In this document: positions 59,031-64,000 of the stretch, in pieces
Numbering within the stretch: position 1 is the stretch's first letter
Layout: the number at the start of each line of letters is the position of its first letter
Assembly: GCA_021613535.1 (NCBI GenBank)
Contig: CP075492.1
Span: forward strand, 7,998,001 to 8,062,000
Origin: Adineta vaga
Taxonomy: Eukaryota > Animalia > Rotifera
Length of the DNA: 64,000 nt
Direction: 5' to 3'
Translations under genes and position numbers: made by a program
The notes under the pieces: model-generated
Databases searched by the model: none
What the model saw: the letters and a program-made list of their open reading frames with translations, nothing else
Told to the model about the DNA's origin: nothing

Positions 59031-61578
59031 ATTCATGTTTCTTGAAACATATATCGATTTTCTCTTGTTTAAAGAGGTGTTCTTAGGTACAATAGTTAAA
59101 TAAGCAATACTCTTGTTGAAAATTTTCACATCTTATGCAATTTCAACTTGCCTCAATTCTATTGACTTCAACTTTAAAAGTAAATGAATATCATTGGTTT
59201 TGAAACAACTTGCTTATCATGTAACATCTAATCATTCAACAATATTTTGTTGAGGTCCCAAAAAGTACACAGCTATTATTGAAATCATTCATTTACTCCC
59301 TAGGCTAGGATATCGATTGAACACAAAAACGCTTGGCCGTATCTATGAAAATCGTGTGTCGTATGGTAAGAAAACAATCATTCGTTTAGACTGTCATCTG
59401 AATTCAGACTATTCAACAGAAAAACCTCGTTGATTGATCACTATCCAACTTATTATACCGAGAAGCATATTTTTCGTGAAAATATCCGAGAAAAGCTATG
59501 CACTTAATCAGCCACCGTGAAACACAATATTCCACAAACGACTATTTTCACGAGCTCGATAATATACAAACAATGACACAAGTACTTCGATCCATATCAC
59601 ATGCAATGTTCATTCCAACACGGCATTTAGTATTTCTTTCCAACCTGATCTTTGAGTCTGAAAAGATATGTCTGTGCTTAGTGCCGTCACTATTATAAAT
59701 TCTTTAAATAAACTCTGTATTCTGATTGTTGTTCGATCTTTGACAACAGTAGAAAAGCATTACCATTTGAAATCAATTTAGGCAAAACGTTTGCTTCATT
59801 TTTTGTTCATGATTGTGAGATATCACATGCTCATTAATAAGAAGAATACTTTTATATTTATCTTTTAACACTGGAAAATGATGTGAATTCTCCATAGTCC
59901 TGTAGTAAGATTTATTCGATTGATTTTGTCAGTCATTATAGGTCTTTAGTAATTGGTATGGTATACGCTATTTTCATATAATATTTTCTTCGATAAAGTG
60001 CAGAGTTCCAAAAGCAAAGTATTCATTCTAATTAATTTCTGGAATGATGAAACAGTATTCTTGCTTGTTGTCAATTTTCGTGAGCAAAATTATTGAATAT
60101 TCAATAGATAATATTAGAAACTATGAACATAAAATTGCATAAACAATTGTCATTTCACTCAGATCATATCGTCATAGTTTTTCGCATTTCAATATCTAAG
60201 AATTATTTTAGCAAAAATCCGCATTAAGTATAACAGAAGTTTTAATAGTATCTGTATGTGCAAGAATCTACCAAAGATGATCTTGCAGATTCACAAATTC
60301 TATTTTCATCACCGTTTTGTCTGATTCTACCTTGTACCTATTCTCTTCTGTTGCAACAGAAATAGACCGTCTAGCATCTGGTGAATTTTTGAGTGTTGCA
60401 TCGCTTCAAATCACCTTATGTTAAAATTCTTAAAACAAAAGCTAACGAATGATCTTGATTCGAATATCATTCGAATACTAACATTTTCAAAATGAAGGTG
60501 CTCGCAAATCATTGTTTTATTGCTAAGTACAAGTGAAATCAATCGTTGAATATAAAAAATCAAATAAGTGTTCATCGACTTCATCAAGATCATCGTTGAT
60601 AATTCAATACAACTTTATAAATATCGATTATACAATAACAACAAAATTCCAGTTCAAGTCATCTAACAGATGAACGATTCCTCAATTCATATATCATTCT
60701 ATTTCATAAAAAAAGTTTCAAATTTTACTACAACATGATTATACATGTAGTTGTTTGCAAACAGTCGAAATAGAAAGCATACAAGTATCTCAAATTTTTG
60801 GAAGAATAATAAGATGACTCACTATTTAGTTACATTAGCATATTACGAAATACATATATTTTACGATTCAATTAATAAAACAATCTGAAGGTATGTAAGA
60901 CACTTGAACCTATCTATCATGCACTACTGCCAATACAAAACTAATTTCTTTTTACTATAAGAAAGTAAAGAATCAAGGGCACTTATCTGTAAGTAACTAG
61001 GCAATTTGTTCTGAAGGTTGAAAATAAAAGAAGACATACTAATATACTATAGTGAGAACGAATTTGATGAAAAACTAACTATCGTAATTATTATTTGTTC
61101 ATTTATTCATCTTTTCTCTCAGTTATCATATGAACATTCGTTCTGTTCACTAGATCACAGAATTTATTCTATGAAATAAGTAAACCGTTTTATATAATTA
61201 TATTCTTTCTCATTTGTTTCTTTCGATTAGTGCTTGTCAATAGCTTATATTCTTCTGCATTCGTTTTAGAATAAATACATATCGAGGAAAGAAAAAAAAA
61301 CTTCACTACCTTTCGTCAAACTGTTTTCATTTTAATTACAAAGGATTCTTCTTTCTTTCATACTTTTACAGTGTATTTCTGTTTTCTTTTCTTTGATTTG
61401 AACTCAACTTGTGAGTACACTCTCACTCTTTCGAAAATGAAAAGAGAACGTCAATTTCTTCTAGCAATATAGTTGTCACAATCACAATATATGCATATTG
61501 CATACATACAATATATGACTTTCAATCATGTCTCATACGGTATCGTGAACACATTTATACTCAATCACTCTTTTAAAC

Positions 61579-63856
61579 ATGCGCAAAATATACTGGCGTC
61601 GAACTTATTCATCACCAATAATTCTGTCCATTTTATTAATATGTTTTGTTATATTTACAACTATGTTTCATGTGAAACAGGAAAGTATTATTTCATTCAT
61701 TTACAATACACCTATTGATTGTGATAAATCTGAAACGAATGCTATAGCTCAATCATCAACTATTCCTCCATATTACTTATTAATTCCATATCAAGAATTT
61801 GCTATGCGTACATCGATTTCATGTCGTTCATACAAGCTTGCTGAACCAAAAAAAGATCTAGCAAAATTTCATCCACAATATTCTCAATATTTAAATGGCT
61901 CATTTTCATTTGTTGTACCTTATTCTAATATCAGTTTTAATGATATCGAAAATTTCTATCAAAAAACTCTCGTAACAAAAAAAACGAAAGCAGAAATTTT
62001 ACAAACATCATTTGCTTCCAATATCACCTTTGAAAATGTACCTTATCAATATGAAAATGGAATGTGGTATCCTACTGGTGTAACATCAATACAACGAACA
62101 GCTATTTTAATTCCATTACAAGGAAGAGATTTTAATGCAAAAGCATTTATATTGAATATACATGCATTTGCGCGACGACAGCTTTTAACATATACAATTA
62201 TTCTCATCGAACAGGTATGTGTTTGATTACATGAATAATTTTAAGCTGTTTGGCATAGACTAACAAATAAACAAAGCACTTCAGAGGTTTCTTCTTTTTA
62301 TAAACTGAATCGGCTAAAAGTACATGTTTTTGCGTACCCAAAAATGAGTACACTACTTGAATCGGCTGTGTCTCCGCCCATTTATACAATAACTCTTCAC
62401 GGCCATATTCAATTTAGCTGAAATTTCGTACACAGAATTTTGTAATTAATATCTCAGTCAAGTTCGCAGATGAGCTCAATAGATTGTACCATTGGTGATT
62501 TACAGAAAGATTTCTCAATATTTCTATACTTAAAGTAGAATGTTTGTCTGCCTCTTCGCTATCCATTCAGTTCCTGTAATAGCCAAGGTCACCAAACTTT
62601 CCATGGTGCTTCCATAAGTCTAGGGAACGGTCAAGAGAGTGTTGACATACGAGTAGGTGATCTGGATGAATTTCACCCAAGTCTTCTCTGTGTTATTTCA
62701 CATTATCAAAGTCATTCTAAGTGTGCTAGTTATTGAAAAAAAATGTAGAAATTCATTCAAAAACATAAGTTCTTTTAATTTGAATGCCTTATATGAACAT
62801 TATTCAAGTATCAATAACATGTTATTGACAACAGATTTGAAACCTCTTGCTTTTTTTTGTCCACTGAAAAAGTGAGCGTATTACAGAATCAATCAGTATG
62901 TCCGCCCACCCATTCGATTACACGATAAATCCTGAAAGACTAATCCACTTGTGATGAAACTTTCTACAGAATATTATCACATCAATATCTCGCTCAAATT
63001 CGAAGATGAGCCTGATTGGACGCACCACGCTGAGTTATTGAAAAACTGCTGACATTTTCCTATATCTTCTATCACATACGCCTTTTGCAGTACACATAAC
63101 TTTTGGATAAAATCCGAAGTTTCCTCATTTATTTTTCTTCTTTATAGGTAAGCCCACTTGGTCATCGATTTAATAAGGGTCGTCTATTCAATGCTGGTGT
63201 CCGTTATATTGAAAAGAATAAATCTTTAAATGTAACCTGTTTAATATTACATGATGTTGATTTAATTCCAGAAAATGATAGAAATTTTTATACCTGTGAA
63301 CCTTTACATCCAAAACATACAACAATACGTGTTCGACAAATTGGTAGTAAACGTGGTTATTCGCGTTATTATGAATTTTTAATTGGTGGTGTCTTATTAT
63401 TAACACCAGATATGTATAAAAAAGTGAATGGTTTTTCAAATTTATACTGGGGATGGGGTGGTGAAGATGATGATCTATCATTGAGGATGATACAGAGACG
63501 TATGTGTATTGTACGACCTCTCGATCCGGTCGCAATCTATGCTGGTAGGTTTAACACATTTGTTTTTTTCTTTCTGTATTTTGCATGATTTAGCCTTACC
63601 TCATCCGCATGGCCATCGAAATAACGCTCGTTTTAATCTATTAACATGGTCAACCGTTCGATTGGATACAGATGGATATAAACAAATCGATTCAATGATA
63701 CGTATTGTTAACATACAGAAAAGATCGACTGTTATTCATCTGAAATTGGATGTTAATGTTGATAAAAATTTTTCTCCATCGTCTTCATTCAATCAAGTTC
63801 ATGCAAAAATAACAACAAGCAGTAAAATGAATACAACATCTTCAAATACTACTTAG
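61579..63856 (+). CDS. GT7-family beta-1,4-galactosyl/N-acetylgalactosaminyltransferase (type II membrane)
   Basis: N-terminal TM; RTAILIP, RFNKGRLFNAG, LHDVDLIPEND (DxD), GGVLLL and VNGFSNLYWGWGGEDDD. Exons 61579-62214, 63148-63544 and 63594-63856. Confidence 0.92.
62326..63095 (+). mobile_element. Two diverged copies of a non-autonomous repeat (Helentron/DINE-1-like) in GT7 intron 1
   Basis: 62368-62485 and 62897-63020 share tccgccca, tgaaa.tt, acagaat, aatatctc and aa.ttcg.agatgagc; each is preceded by a T-run and a short hairpin. The intron (about 930 nt) is far longer than is usual here. Confidence 0.5.
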
Positions 63857-64000
63857 TTACTATTCTATCAGATATAAATCGATGTGTTTTTTTCCTTTAT
63901 TCAATACTATATTCATCGTATACTGTATAAGGATATATTTTCGTAATAAAATATTCTTCGACTGACAAGATCAGGTCACATATTTTCTCGTCTTGTCGTA

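Noticed and set aside
59030-61470. Short ORFs and possible transposon debris
   Set aside because: No transposase, RT or other recognisable motif and no terminal repeats found by eye.

Overview
This is AT-rich (roughly 28-30% GC by eye), gene-dense eukaryotic DNA with many short (about 50-70 nt) GT-AG introns. The gene style and expanded families (F-box, F-box/LRR, ADP-ribosyltransferase remnant) suggest a bdelloid rotifer; this is inferred, not shown. About 25 mostly spliced genes can be assembled by eye: BPTF/NURF301 (running off the left edge), SUMO, PERK, BTBD10/KCTD20, an otopetrin, a BTB protein, an SLC4 anion exchanger, a neuropeptide-like precursor, DTD1, a ZDHHC9/14/18-type palmitoyltransferase, POLR1D, ADSL, a short AIMP2, DHPS, two tandem LITAF-domain genes, an orphan, a cupredoxin-like surface protein, two F-box genes, POLR2E, a truncated Nup358/RanBP2-like gene, a C2H2 zinc-finger gene, an MFSD8-like transporter, an ART pseudogene and a GT7 glycosyltransferase. 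The most striking feature is the minus-strand run DHPS > AIMP2 > ADSL > POLR1D. Its genes are separated by only about 90-150 bp, and each spacer holds a poly(A) signal followed by an unpaired polypyrimidine-AG acceptor at or just before the next ATG. That is the architecture of a trans-spliced eukaryotic operon; POLR2E > F-box and ZDHHC > DTD1 look similar. Other highlights: a mini-Nup358, a GST-C-less AIMP2, a ligand-less cupredoxin, a DHHC catalytic motif on a 19-nt microexon, and several oversized structured introns that may host ncRNAs. All exon boundaries were read manually and should be treated as approximate.
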